From Candidatus Woesearchaeota archaeon (lineage in GTDB: Archaea; Nanobdellota; Nanobdellia; Pacearchaeales; GW2011-AR1): DNA of 52,696 bases. Each line of letters starts with the position of its first letter. Within the stretch, counting starts at the first letter, position 1. Position numbers and translations under genes: made by a program. The stretch is taken from the NCBI GenBank assembly GCA_964598635.1, contig CAZRCO010000001.1:1-52696 (forward strand). Reading direction: 5' to 3'. The notes below the pieces were generated by a model. The model did not search any database. It saw nothing but the letters and a program-made list of their open reading frames with translations, and had not been told where the DNA came from. Below, in pieces: positions 43,613-52,696 of the stretch.

Positions 43613-44494
43613 ATGGAAAGAATATATTTTCAGGATCAAATCTCGCGAAACAAATTGAAATCATTCTTCTTAATGTTCATTATTTTCATAATAATTATTG
43701 TTTTAGGTTATGTTATATCCCAAGCCTTTGATCCAAGTTATTTTTTCTTTATTATGATAATTGCAATAATTTTCTCAATTTCGTATATTTTAATTACATA
43801 TTATAATTCTGATAAAATTGCCCTGGCAAGTGTGGGAGCAAAAAAAGCTAATAAGCTAGAGCACAAGAAATATTATGATGCTGTTGAGGGACTTATTATT
43901 GCAGGAGGATTACCAATGCCCAAACTTTATATTATGCCCTCAGAACAAATAAATGCTTTTGCTTCTGGAAGAAATCCCCAAAATGCAGTTATATGTATCA
44001 CTGAAGGTGCTTTGCATAAACTTGATAAAAATGAAATTGAAGGAGTTATTGCCCATGAACTAAGTCATATAGGAAATTATGATATAAGATACATGACTTT
44101 AGTTGCAGTAATGGTTGGAATGATTGCAATTATCTCACAAATTTTTCTAAGAAGTTTATGGTTTAGGGGTGCAGGCGGCAGCAGGGACAGAGGTAAGGAG
44201 ATTTTTATTTTAATCGGAATTGCTTTAGCAATTCTCGCACCAATAACAGTTTATTTTGTGCAATTAGCAATTTCCAGAAAAAGGGAATTTGCTGCAGATG
44301 CTTCTGCTGTCAAATTTACTAGATACCCTCCCGGTTTAATAAGAGCCTTGAAAAAAATTAAATCCGATTCTTCCCCTCCCGAAACAAAAATCAACAAAGC
44401 AGTTGCCCCATTATTCTTCGCAAATCCCTTTAAGAATCTTGGAAGCACACATCCGGCAATAGAAAAAAGAATTGAAGTCTTAGAAAGAATGTAA
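43613..44494 (+). CDS. htpX: HtpX-like M48 zinc metalloprotease
   Basis: HELSHIGNYD (HExxH), four TM segments, and EFAADASA. Confidence 0.85.
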   Translation: MERIYFQDQISRNKLKSFFLMFIIFIIIIVLGYVISQAFDPSYFFFIMIIAIIFSISYILITYYNSDKIALASVGAKKANKLEHKKYYDAVEGLIIAGGLPMPKLYIMPSEQINAFASGRNPQNAVICITEGALHKLDKNEIEGVIAHELSHIGNYDIRYMTLVAVMVGMIAIISQIFLRSLWFRGAGGSRDRGKEIFILIGIALAILAPITVYFVQLAISRKREFAADASAVKFTRYPPGLIRALKKIKSDSSPPETKINKAVAPLFFANPFKNLGSTHPAIEKRIEVLERM

Positions 44495-44533
44495 TCATGT
44501 TAATTTTATAAATCCCTCTTCCTTTTATCATCC

Positions 44534-45433
44534 ATGGGTTTCATAAGGGGTGGGCTATTAGTTATTGTAATCACTTTTCTTTTTCTATCTATTTTTGTAG
44601 GAAATTTCTCTTTTATATTAACCTCTTCTTTAAAATATGAAAATGTCCAGCCGCAAATCCTTTCAATAATAGACCAAATATCTCTCGGAGAAGGTCGGGA
44701 AAATTTAAGACAGGAATTGGAAGAGCAGATAGATGTTATTGAATCAGATTGTAAGACTAATTCTGAATATATTTTTAACTATGGAAGTCAGACATTTCAG
44801 ATTTCTTGTGAATCAATAAACGAGGAAATAGAGAAAATTAGCAATTTATCTCAAGAATTATCTCAGGATGAAAAAGTAGAAATATTAATTAATGAGACAC
44901 TTAAGGGTTTTGTGAAGGAAATTTATTATCAGGAATATGACTGCAACTATTGGGATTGTTTTGAAAAGACAGAAAATCCCCTCTTTTTAGTGTCTGAGAA
45001 ATCGAGAGATTATTGGAAAAATATTTTCTATATTTCACTGGGAGCATCTCTGGTTTTAATAGCTCTTTCATTCTTTTTAATGGAGAAGAAAACAAATCTG
45101 CCTATTTTGGTTGGAAGTTTATTAATAATTTCTTCTCTTCCTTTAATGAAACTAAATACCATAATGTCTTCTCTGACTGGCCCTTTAACACAAATGTTCA
45201 CTTTTGATATCACTTCCCTTTTCTTCAGTAAATCATATTCAGCATCTATAAAATTCTTAATAATGGGCATTATTATCTTAGCAATAGGGATATTATTAAA
45301 AGTATTTAAAATTGGTTTTAAAATCTCAGAAATAATTTCGAAAATCAAAAAAGATAAAGAAAAATCTTCCAAAAAAGAAATCCCTCAAAAAAATATCAAA
45401 AAAATTACATCCAAAGAAAAAGGGCAGAAATAA
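44534..45433 (+). CDS. Multi-pass membrane protein with Cys-containing extracytoplasmic loop and Lys-rich tail
   Basis: 299 aa: TM1, then a roughly 150-aa loop with 4 Cys, then 3-4 TM segments, then KKDKEKSSKKEIPQKNIKK. Confidence 0.5.
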   Translation: MGFIRGGLLVIVITFLFLSIFVGNFSFILTSSLKYENVQPQILSIIDQISLGEGRENLRQELEEQIDVIESDCKTNSEYIFNYGSQTFQISCESINEEIEKISNLSQELSQDEKVEILINETLKGFVKEIYYQEYDCNYWDCFEKTENPLFLVSEKSRDYWKNIFYISLGASLVLIALSFFLMEKKTNLPILVGSLLIISSLPLMKLNTIMSSLTGPLTQMFTFDITSLFFSKSYSASIKFLIMGIIILAIGILLKVFKIGFKISEIISKIKKDKEKSSKKEIPQKNIKKITSKEKGQK

Positions 45434-47488
45434 TTATTTTTTTCCTCCTTCTAATCTCTTAAGAAATTCACTTATAAATTTTTTATCCTCTCCCCTAACC
45501 TTTCTAATATCTTTTATAATATAAGCTTCAACATCTTTCATATTACATTTTTCTGTTTTTACATCAGAAAGTAGCTTCTCTCTGGCTTCCTTGCTTAACA
45601 GAACCTCTCCTTCTGAAACTGCTGAAAGTTTCTTTGCTGTATTTATTAATGTTCCCAGACTCATAAATTTCAATCTATCTTTATCCTGTTTTGCAACAAT
45701 CTGGCCGGTATGCAAAGAAACCCCAAATTCTATTTTTTGTTTTGCTAATTTATTATAATCTTTTAAGAATTCTGAAATTTTCTCTGCAACATCCACTGCT
45801 ATTCTTTCGTTTTTGAATGTTTTTGTTTTTATTGGAGCAATTATAAAGAATATATTATCCTGATTCTCATAAGTAAATGCTTTACTATTTTCCGCTATAT
45901 TAATTACATTTTGTAAAGTCTCTAAAACATTTCCTTTTCTTAAATCTATATCCTTAAGATTTTTTATCTTAATACATACGACACTTGTGTTTTGTTTATC
46001 TCCTTTAAGAGATAAAGAAAGTTCTGCCTTATTTTTAGCTCCAGACATTAAACTTCCACTATAAGATTTAGAGGAAATCAATTTTTCTCCAATAGCGCCC
46101 CTGCCTGTCATTTCCCCTACTCTTTTCCTTTTTCCGGGGAGAAATCTTCCAAAAAAACTTCTCTTATATCCCTTCGTGAAAACCATAAATAATACAAATC
46201 CCAAAACAAGTATTATAAAAATCCAGACAAAAGGATATCTCAATAAACCAACCCCTGAGCCTTCTTTAATATCTATCACTTTTCCTGTCAACATTGTTCT
46301 TTCACTAAATATTTTCTCTTCATCATCCATCACTTCAACATGATATTCTCCATCCGGGGCAGTTAAAATATATTTTTGGACTTTATCAACTTCCAAATAA
46401 ACATCTAATTTCAATGATTCATTTCCTATTTTAATAATAAGGCTTCTGTTATATGGAACGTTCCCCACATTTGTTATTGTAACACTTTCATTAATTAACT
46501 CAACTTTAACACCTTCTTTCTCCTGTATTGTAAATGTTGCTTCACTTGTTAATCCGTTTGAACTGGCAAGAACTTTCCAAACTGCCGGAGGCTGATTATA
46601 CGCAATTGGAAGCTCAAATAGTTCATCTGTCATTTTTTCAGTTTGTTCAAAAATTTCACTTTTATTATTTTTTACAGTCAAAACTGCATTTGATTCTATC
46701 TTTTCTCCAGTCTGATCATGAAGAATTGCTTTAACTTGCAGACTTGTACCCGGCTCTACTTCCTGATTATTAAATAAAATTTCCAAACTTGTAGGCACCT
46801 GTAGTATCTGCAAGTTGTAATTTCCAAAGCCCTGGTTTGTTCTTTCATCATATTTATCTATCTCATACACATTAATCGCAATAATATATTTACCAGCTTT
46901 AAGATCATTAGGAAGAGATATATTCACAGAAAAAAAACCATTCCTTACAGTATCTGTTTTTGTTAATACTGAAGAATTCCCTTCTCTTATTTCTAAATTC
47001 ACAAAACCACTTTTGACCGCTTCTCCATTTTCTTTAATCGCCTCTCCTTCTACTAACACACTCTCGCCGGGTTTAAATTCTTCTTCATTGCTTAAAATTT
47101 CCAATATTATCAAATTTGATACTTCAAATTCCTCTGTTATTTCAGGCTCAAAACCTTCTAAAGAAAATTTTACAACACAATGGCCTGTTGTTCTTCCTAA
47201 ACGTTCTTTAGTCAAAATAAAAGAGAGTGCTATTGTCTCTTGTTCTCCACTGGAAAGAATGATGTCCTTTGAAAAGACAGTATTTTGCAAACCGTTACAG
47301 ATTACGTATACATCAAGAGAACTTTTTAAATCCTCAAGGGTGCTTATTTTAGCATTTGTATTTACAACATCTCCAATATTAAAGGGTCCTTTTGGAGATT
47401 CACTTAAAGTAATTTCAGCAGCAGAAATAACAGATATAAGAAAAACTGCAAGGATTAAACTTAATACCACTCTTTTCATTCTATACAA
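45434..47488 (-). CDS. Receptor-like single-pass membrane protein: signal peptide, about 400-aa Ig/MG-like ectodomain, TM, cytoplasmic class III nucleotidyl-cyclase-like domain (degenerate)
   Basis: The cytoplasmic tail (residues about 501-639) follows the cyclase-homology pattern: VVCIKIKNL (in place of F-x-D-I-x-G-F), QDNIFFIIAP, FGVSLHTGQIVAK and FMSLGTLINTAKKLSAVSEGEVLLSKEAREKL. Confidence 0.5.
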   Translation of the reverse strand: MYRMKRVVLSLILAVFLISVISAAEITLSESPKGPFNIGDVVNTNAKISTLEDLKSSLDVYVICNGLQNTVFSKDIILSSGEQETIALSFILTKERLGRTTGHCVVKFSLEGFEPEITEEFEVSNLIILEILSNEEEFKPGESVLVEGEAIKENGEAVKSGFVNLEIREGNSSVLTKTDTVRNGFFSVNISLPNDLKAGKYIIAINVYEIDKYDERTNQGFGNYNLQILQVPTSLEILFNNQEVEPGTSLQVKAILHDQTGEKIESNAVLTVKNNKSEIFEQTEKMTDELFELPIAYNQPPAVWKVLASSNGLTSEATFTIQEKEGVKVELINESVTITNVGNVPYNRSLIIKIGNESLKLDVYLEVDKVQKYILTAPDGEYHVEVMDDEEKIFSERTMLTGKVIDIKEGSGVGLLRYPFVWIFIILVLGFVLFMVFTKGYKRSFFGRFLPGKRKRVGEMTGRGAIGEKLISSKSYSGSLMSGAKNKAELSLSLKGDKQNTSVVCIKIKNLKDIDLRKGNVLETLQNVINIAENSKAFTYENQDNIFFIIAPIKTKTFKNERIAVDVAEKISEFLKDYNKLAKQKIEFGVSLHTGQIVAKQDKDRLKFMSLGTLINTAKKLSAVSEGEVLLSKEAREKLLSDVKTEKCNMKDVEAYIIKDIRKVRGEDKKFISEFLKRLEGGKK

Positions 47489-47567
47489 TAATCAGATATT
47501 ATTTAAAAATTCTTCTGTGATGAATTTTTAAGCTAAGGTTTAAAAATAAATCTTCATTTAGTTAATC

Positions 47568-48698
47568 ATGAAGAAAAATCTTAAATTTCAGGTTACGCCT
47601 TGGGAAGTTTCTGGAGATATAAATTACAAAAAACTGATTAAGGAATTTGGTATCAAACCAATGCCAAATCTCCCGGAAGAATTCAGTAAAAATATCTTAT
47701 TCAGGAGAAAAATCGTCTTTGCTAATAGAGATTTTGATAAAATTCTGGATGCCATAAAGAATAAAAGAAAATTTGTTTTGATGACCGGACTAATGCCTTC
47801 TGGGAAATTTCACCTTGGGCATATGATTTTGGCTCAGCAAATGATATTCTACCAAAAAATGGGAGCAAAGTTATATATAGCTGTTGCAGATTTGGAAGCA
47901 TATAATACCAGAAAAAAAACCTTAAAAGAGTTAAAAGAAAATGCAATAAACCAGTATCTTCTAAATTATATCGCACTTGGCTTGAAGCCAGAAAATTGTG
48001 ATTTTTACTTCCAAAGTGAAAGAAGCAAAAATTCCAAAAAATCAAATGCTTACTATACATTGGCTTCAAATTTTTCAAGATATGCTACTTTCAATGAATT
48101 TAAAGCGGTTTATGGAGAGATTTCTCCTGGAAAAATGAATGCTTCTCTTTTGCAGGCAGCAGATATGTATCATCCACAACTGCCCGAATTTGAAGGACGT
48201 CCTACAGCCACATTTATTCCTGTGGGGGTAGACCAAGATCCACATATAAGAATTGCCAGAGATATTGCTAACAGATATAAAAATTACAATTTCCTTCCAA
48301 TTGCTTCAACTTATCATATGTTTTTACCAGGATTAAAAGGGGGTGGAAAAATGTCAAGTAGTGATGAAAATTCATTCATTGCAATGACTGATTCTCCCAA
48401 AGAAGTTGAAGATAAAATTAAGAAATATGCTTTTTCAGGAGGCAGAGATACAATTAATGAACACAGAAAAAAAGGAGGAAATCCTGATAAAGATGTTTCA
48501 TTCCAATATCTAAAAATGTTTTTTGAGCCAGATGATGAAAAGCTTAAACAAATTTATGAAGATTACAAATCCGGAAAACTTTTGACAAGTGAATTAAAAG
48601 AAATCTTAATTGAAAAAATAAATAGATTTTTAAAAGAACATCAGAAAAAAAGACAGCTTACTAAAAAACAGATTGATAAATTTTTATTTAAAAATTAA
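47568..48698 (+). CDS. trpS: Tryptophanyl-tRNA synthetase (archaeal/eukaryotic type)
   Basis: VTPWEVSGDINYKKLIKEFGI, SGKFHLGHM (HIGH) and KMSSSD (KMSKS). 376 aa. Confidence 0.85.
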   Translation: MKKNLKFQVTPWEVSGDINYKKLIKEFGIKPMPNLPEEFSKNILFRRKIVFANRDFDKILDAIKNKRKFVLMTGLMPSGKFHLGHMILAQQMIFYQKMGAKLYIAVADLEAYNTRKKTLKELKENAINQYLLNYIALGLKPENCDFYFQSERSKNSKKSNAYYTLASNFSRYATFNEFKAVYGEISPGKMNASLLQAADMYHPQLPEFEGRPTATFIPVGVDQDPHIRIARDIANRYKNYNFLPIASTYHMFLPGLKGGGKMSSSDENSFIAMTDSPKEVEDKIKKYAFSGGRDTINEHRKKGGNPDKDVSFQYLKMFFEPDDEKLKQIYEDYKSGKLLTSELKEILIEKINRFLKEHQKKRQLTKKQIDKFLFKN

Positions 48699-48703
48699 AA
48701 AAG

Positions 48704-49357
48704 TTAATAATCTCTGTATTTCCCTTCCATTAGATTTTCTATTTCCCTAAGATACCCTTTTGTTCTGTCTGGAACTTTATTTAAATCCCATTTATTTTTT
48801 CTCAGTCTTCCGATGCCTGTATTATATCCTGCAGCAATAATTTTTCTTTTTTCTGAATCAGGAAGGTTTTCCCAGTCTGGATGCCAGATTGTGCAGTAGT
48901 CGTCAATCCACAACCCATATTTTATTCCTGCTCCTATGTTTTTTTCAGGATCAAAAGCTATTTTATAAAAATTATTTTCTCTCTCAACAATAGACCATGC
49001 TTTGGGAGTTAATTGCATTAGTCCTCTTTCCCCTACTTTACCTTTCGCTTTCGGATAATCCCTGGATTCAGCCCATATCTGCGCTCTGATAAATTTTTTG
49101 GTTATATATTCAGGAACCTTCATAGAATCATATGCATAGACTATATACCTAAATATTTCATCTTTTTTGGCTATTTCAAACTCTTTCTCTCTTAATTTCA
49201 TATATTCTTTTATAGAATCACTTAGTTCTGATTGGAATAATCTTTCTATTCCTGGTTTTTCATGATAAATAATTTCATGCCTTGTTGGAGCTTCAACTTT
49301 CTGGTTTATTAAAAATGCTCCAGACAACACCAAAATTGCTGTTAATTTCCTTACCAT
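48704..49357 (-). CDS. Secreted or anchored lytic transglycosylase (SLT / goose-lysozyme-like domain)
   Basis: N-terminal hydrophobic segment. Catalytic block AQIWAESRDYPKAKGKVGERGLMQLTPKAW (E-S...G-L-M-Q-L), plus AAGYNTGIG (the AYN-x-G motif). Confidence 0.75.
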   Translation of the reverse strand: MVRKLTAILVLSGAFLINQKVEAPTRHEIIYHEKPGIERLFQSELSDSIKEYMKLREKEFEIAKKDEIFRYIVYAYDSMKVPEYITKKFIRAQIWAESRDYPKAKGKVGERGLMQLTPKAWSIVERENNFYKIAFDPEKNIGAGIKYGLWIDDYCTIWHPDWENLPDSEKRKIIAAGYNTGIGRLRKNKWDLNKVPDRTKGYLREIENLMEGKYRDY

Positions 49358-49431
49358 AATTCTGCCTGTGATAACTATTTTTTAAAGATTTCTATAATTA
49401 ATTTTAAAAACTCCTTTATTCTATTTTGTCT

Positions 49432-51138
49432 ATGAAACTTTTGGCTTTGCATTGTGATTATATTAAATTCAAACCTCTAAAAAAAGCTCTAAGACAATCA
49501 GAACCCCTTTCTGAACAAGAAAAAAAAGAGAAAACAGTAAAAGAGGCTCTTGTCATTTTAACTGCTGTAGAAAAAAATGACAATTCTAAGAGTGTTGATG
49601 AACTTGTAAAAAATATAAAAGAAATTGCAAAGCAGCTAAAGGCAAAAAATCTCGTTCTTTATCCTTATGCACATTTATCTTCAAATCTTGCAAATCCAGA
49701 AAATGCTATCAATATTTTAAAAGAGACAGAAAAAACTTTGAAAAAAGAGAGAAATTTTAATGTAATAAGAGCGCCTTTTGGTTATTATAAAGAATTTGAA
49801 TTAAAAGTAAAAGGACATCCTCTCTCTGAATTAAGCAGAGAAATCGGTGTAGGAGAAAGGGCTTATGAAGAAAATTATAACCCTAAACAATTGTTAAAAG
49901 AAATTTCAAAAACAAAACTGGACAGAGAGAAATTAAAGAAAAATGACCACAGAATTATAGGACAACAAATGGATTTATTTTCTTTTAATGAAGTTGCTCC
50001 GGGGATGGTTTTTTGGCATAATAACGGTTTAATTATAAGAAACGAGCTTATAGAATTTTGGCGTGAAATGCACAGAAAAGCAGGATATGAAGAAATTTCT
50101 ACTCCCCAGGTTATGGACAAAAAATTATGGCAAATTTCAGGACATTGGGAAAAATATAAAGAAAATATATTTTTAACAGATTATGAAAAAAGACAATTTG
50201 CTGTAAAGCCAATGAATTGCCCAGGTGGGATGTTAGTTTATAAAAGCAGTTCTAAGAGCTATAAGGATTTACCGTTAAGGGTTGGTGAATTGGGTATTGT
50301 GCATAGAGTAGAACTTTCTGGTGTATTGGGAGGATTATTTAGAGTTATACAATTTACTCAGGATGATGCGCATATTTTCTGTGCCAATAAAAAGCAGATT
50401 GAGGAAGAAGTTGAAGGAGTTATTAATTTGATAAATCAATTTTATGATTTGTTTAATCTCAAGTTTGACCATGTTGAACTTTCTACAAAACCTGAGAAGA
50501 GAATAGGAAGTGACAAAGATTGGGACATGGCAGAAAAAATTCTTGAGAAAGTTTTGAAAAAAATGAAGATTAAATATAAAATTAACAAAGGGGAAGGGGC
50601 TTTTTACGGGCCGAAGATTGATTTTCATGTCAGGGATTCTTTGGAAAGAACATGGCAGCTCTCAACAGTTCAGTTAGATTTTGCAATGCCTGATAGATTT
50701 GAATTGGAATATACTGACAGGGACAATAAAAGAAAACGCCCGGTAATGCTGCACAGAGTTATCTACGGAAGCTTGGAAAGATTTATCGGGATTTTGCTTG
50801 AACATACAAATGGCAGATTTCCAACATGGCTTGCGCCTGTACAAGTCAGAATTTTAAGTTTTACTGACAGGAATATCAATTATGCAAAGGAGGTAATTAA
50901 AAAAATTAGTGAGCAAAACCAGGATTTAAGAATAGATGCAGATTTTACATCTACTACCATCTCTTCAAAAGTTAAAGATGCTGAATTAATGAGAATTCCA
51001 TACATTATCACAATTGGAGATAAAGAGGAAAAAGAGAAAACCTTGGCAGTTAGAATTAAGGGGAGTAAAGATATAAAACAAATGAGCATTGACGAATTTT
51101 CTGGGGCAATTAGGGGTGAAATTGAAAATAAAAAATGA
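49432..51138 (+). CDS. thrS: Threonyl-tRNA synthetase, archaeal type with N-terminal DTD-like editing domain
   Basis: MKLLALHCDYIKFKP... (archaeal editing domain), class II core FRVIQFTQDDAHIFC, and an anticodon-binding C-terminus. The listed start at 49426 is a TTG; I prefer the ATG at 49432. Confidence 0.9.
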   Translation: MKLLALHCDYIKFKPLKKALRQSEPLSEQEKKEKTVKEALVILTAVEKNDNSKSVDELVKNIKEIAKQLKAKNLVLYPYAHLSSNLANPENAINILKETEKTLKKERNFNVIRAPFGYYKEFELKVKGHPLSELSREIGVGERAYEENYNPKQLLKEISKTKLDREKLKKNDHRIIGQQMDLFSFNEVAPGMVFWHNNGLIIRNELIEFWREMHRKAGYEEISTPQVMDKKLWQISGHWEKYKENIFLTDYEKRQFAVKPMNCPGGMLVYKSSSKSYKDLPLRVGELGIVHRVELSGVLGGLFRVIQFTQDDAHIFCANKKQIEEEVEGVINLINQFYDLFNLKFDHVELSTKPEKRIGSDKDWDMAEKILEKVLKKMKIKYKINKGEGAFYGPKIDFHVRDSLERTWQLSTVQLDFAMPDRFELEYTDRDNKRKRPVMLHRVIYGSLERFIGILLEHTNGRFPTWLAPVQVRILSFTDRNINYAKEVIKKISEQNQDLRIDADFTSTTISSKVKDAELMRIPYIITIGDKEEKEKTLAVRIKGSKDIKQMSIDEFSGAIRGEIENKK

Positions 51139-51650
51139 ACCTACAATTTTATTTAGAAAAACTTCGTTCTTCAGACAGTTTCAAGAATTTTATTAAGATA
51201 AATCCTGATGCATTTTTATGTTCTGGATTTTTTGTAATTGATAAACAAAGTGGAGGCAGAGATAGTAATAGCCAACAACACTTTGATTTTTTTCTTCCGA
51301 AAGAGAATAAAATTATGAGTTTTCAGCTTGAAACCAATCAGATAGTTCAAATTGAACCAATAAATGATAAAATCCCTGAAAAGATTTTACTGGATTATGA
51401 TTTTGATTTTAAGGATATAGAAAAAATGATTTCTGAAAAAATAGAAAAGAAAGGGGTAAAAAATAAAATTCAGAAAATTCTTCTTTCTCTGCAAAGAGTT
51501 AACAAAAAAGATTTTTTAGTAGGAACCATTTTTATTTCAATGCTCGGCATGATAAAGATAAGTATAGATATCTCTGAAAAAAAGATTGTTGATTTTGAAG
51601 AAAAATCTTTTTTTGATATGTTTAGTATACTAAAAAAGAAAAAAGATTAA
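51135..51650 (+). CDS. Hypothetical protein
   Basis: 171 aa. Its start overlaps the thrS stop by 4 nt (ATGA). Confidence 0.45.
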   Translation: MNLQFYLEKLRSSDSFKNFIKINPDAFLCSGFFVIDKQSGGRDSNSQQHFDFFLPKENKIMSFQLETNQIVQIEPINDKIPEKILLDYDFDFKDIEKMISEKIEKKGVKNKIQKILLSLQRVNKKDFLVGTIFISMLGMIKISIDISEKKIVDFEEKSFFDMFSILKKKKD

Positions 51651-51689
51651 TTATTCTACGGGATTTATGTTTACCTTCTATCTCGTTTT

Positions 51690-52532
51690 CTATTCAGCTT
51701 CTTCTTCAGGATTATCAGCTTCAGGAAGAGAAACCAAAAATGCCCACCAAGGTCTATTAACTTCAATAACTTCTCCTGTCTCAGGATCAACCCATGTTTC
51801 CACTTTCATTGCTAATTTGAAAACTCCTAAAAATCTTCCATGCTGGTTTGCTTCAACATTATATACTACTTGAGGAACGTTATTATGAATTCTTTCTCTT
51901 AATTGAATTAATACATTTGATGCATTAACATTTCTTATCCTTTCTCTAATTCTCTCTCTAACTCTTTCCGGAGGAACTCTTATTCTTGTCCTGTTTCCAT
52001 CTGATAAAACCGCCTCAAGTTCAGATTCGTTTCCTTCAAACAAGTCATTAATTTCAATTTCTTCATCAACTTCAACCCCTTCTCCCCCTATCTCAATTCT
52101 TCTTGTAGTCCCATTCTCATCCCTTTCAATCTCAACTTCAATCTCTGTTTTAGTTCCATTGTAATATACAACAGTTCTCTTTATCTTTATTTTCAATTCC
52201 CCATCTTCAGATTCCACACTTCTTTCAACTGTAACAGTGCTTCCATTAACATCCCTAAACTTTCTAGTAAACTCTTCTCTTAATTTCTCCCTTAATCTTT
52301 CTCTTAGTGTATTAATTTCACCTGTCTTATTAAATTCACGTTCCTGTAATCCTTCTGAGTCTTCATCAGCCCCACCTTCATTTATTTCAATATTCCCCAG
52401 ACCAATTGCAACTTTATCTCCTGAAACAGAAACCTGATTATCCTGAGCAAGAACAAATGCAGAATTCAATAAAATTCCAAATAAAAATGAGTACAATATC
52501 AAAGCTGCCAAAAAAATCAAACTCTTTTTCAT
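51690..52532 (-). CDS. Secreted, highly acidic protein with PepSY-like C-terminal module
   Basis: Signal peptide MKKSLIFLAALILYSFLFGILLNSAFVLA, E/R-rich low-complexity regions, and a C-terminal VVYNVEANQHGRFLGVFKLAMKVETWVDPETGEVIEVNRPWW. Confidence 0.45.
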   Translation of the reverse strand: MKKSLIFLAALILYSFLFGILLNSAFVLAQDNQVSVSGDKVAIGLGNIEINEGGADEDSEGLQEREFNKTGEINTLRERLREKLREEFTRKFRDVNGSTVTVERSVESEDGELKIKIKRTVVYYNGTKTEIEVEIERDENGTTRRIEIGGEGVEVDEEIEINDLFEGNESELEAVLSDGNRTRIRVPPERVRERIRERIRNVNASNVLIQLRERIHNNVPQVVYNVEANQHGRFLGVFKLAMKVETWVDPETGEVIEVNRPWWAFLVSLPEADNPEEEAE

Positions 52533-52627
52533 ATTAGCAGTAATTTTTTTTTATTTAAAAATGTTTTGCCATAAGTTATTTTCTAGGGAATATAAATTTA
52601 AATAATTCTGCAATGTGATCTGTTAAT

Positions 52628-52696
52628 ATGAATGCGATAATACTCGCAGGGAAAAATGCTTCTAAACAAGTTGAAATAGAAATTTTAAAAAGAGCA
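52628..52696 (+). CDS. 5' end of an ORF that runs off the window (possibly a nucleotidyltransferase)
   Basis: MNAIILAGKNASKQVEIEILKRA... The MxAIILAG start resembles sugar-phosphate nucleotidyltransferases, but only 23 codons are visible. Confidence 0.25.
   Translation, partial: MNAIILAGKNASKQVEIEILKRA

Noticed and set aside
47489-47567. C/D-box sRNA candidate: GTGATGA at about 47516-47522 in the gap upstream of trpS
   Set aside because: No D box (CTGA) lies at the expected distance on that strand, and there are no terminal pairing stems. The opposite strand has only a degenerate C box. The gap probably holds divergent promoters.
1-52696. CRISPR arrays, rRNA genes, transposases, integrases and prophage blocks
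   Set aside because: I scanned the ORF translations and intergenic gaps. None of the gaps exceeds about 220 nt once the small genes are placed, and no ORF shows DDE, tyrosine- or serine-recombinase, Cas or capsid/terminase-like motifs that I can recognise.

Overview
Strongly AT-rich (by eye, not computed), very gene-dense segment with intergenic gaps mostly under about 130 nt. It is clearly archaeal: aRF1 with NIKS and GGQ motifs, TFS, Rpo11, RadB, NreA, NAC, Sec61-beta, archaeal-type PheRS, TrpRS and ThrRS, and a tRNA with a canonical 37/38 intron. The small proteins, split genes and many surface proteins suggest a small-genome DPANN-like archaeon, but that is inference only. I can support about 58 CDS (two run off the window edges and three are too short for the ORF track) and 3 tRNAs. 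I saw no rRNA, CRISPR array, transposase, integrase or reverse transcriptase. The backbone is housekeeping. Translation genes: ValRS, split MetRS, PheRS alpha and beta, TrpRS, ThrRS, aRF1, NAC, Rpp30-like. Repair and topology genes: MPE-Lhr, topoisomerase IA, NreA, RadB, ScpB. Others: Cdc48, PEP synthase, LemA-HtpX. Accessory cell-surface genes are interleaved with these. The most interesting signal is a dispersed four-paralog family (29.4, 34.3, 36.8 and 41.8 kb) of type IV pilin-like proteins. Each has a class III signal peptide, one of two stalk types, and one of three head types (LamG-like lectin, Cys-rich, or an unassigned alpha/beta-like domain). The paralogs share stretches of perfect nucleotide identity, one member is a clear stalk/head mosaic, and one copy is inverted relative to the others. 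Next to one paralog is an orphan N-terminal domain of a FlaI/PilB/VirB11-type secretion ATPase with no ATPase domain. Other notable items: an SLT-type lytic transglycosylase in an archaeal context, a receptor-like membrane protein with a degenerate class III cyclase-like domain, an eight-bladed propeller with N-glycosylation sequons repeated in every blade, a split MetRS, and a PIN-like gene embedded in a repair cluster. All product calls come from motif recognition by eye. No database searches were run.
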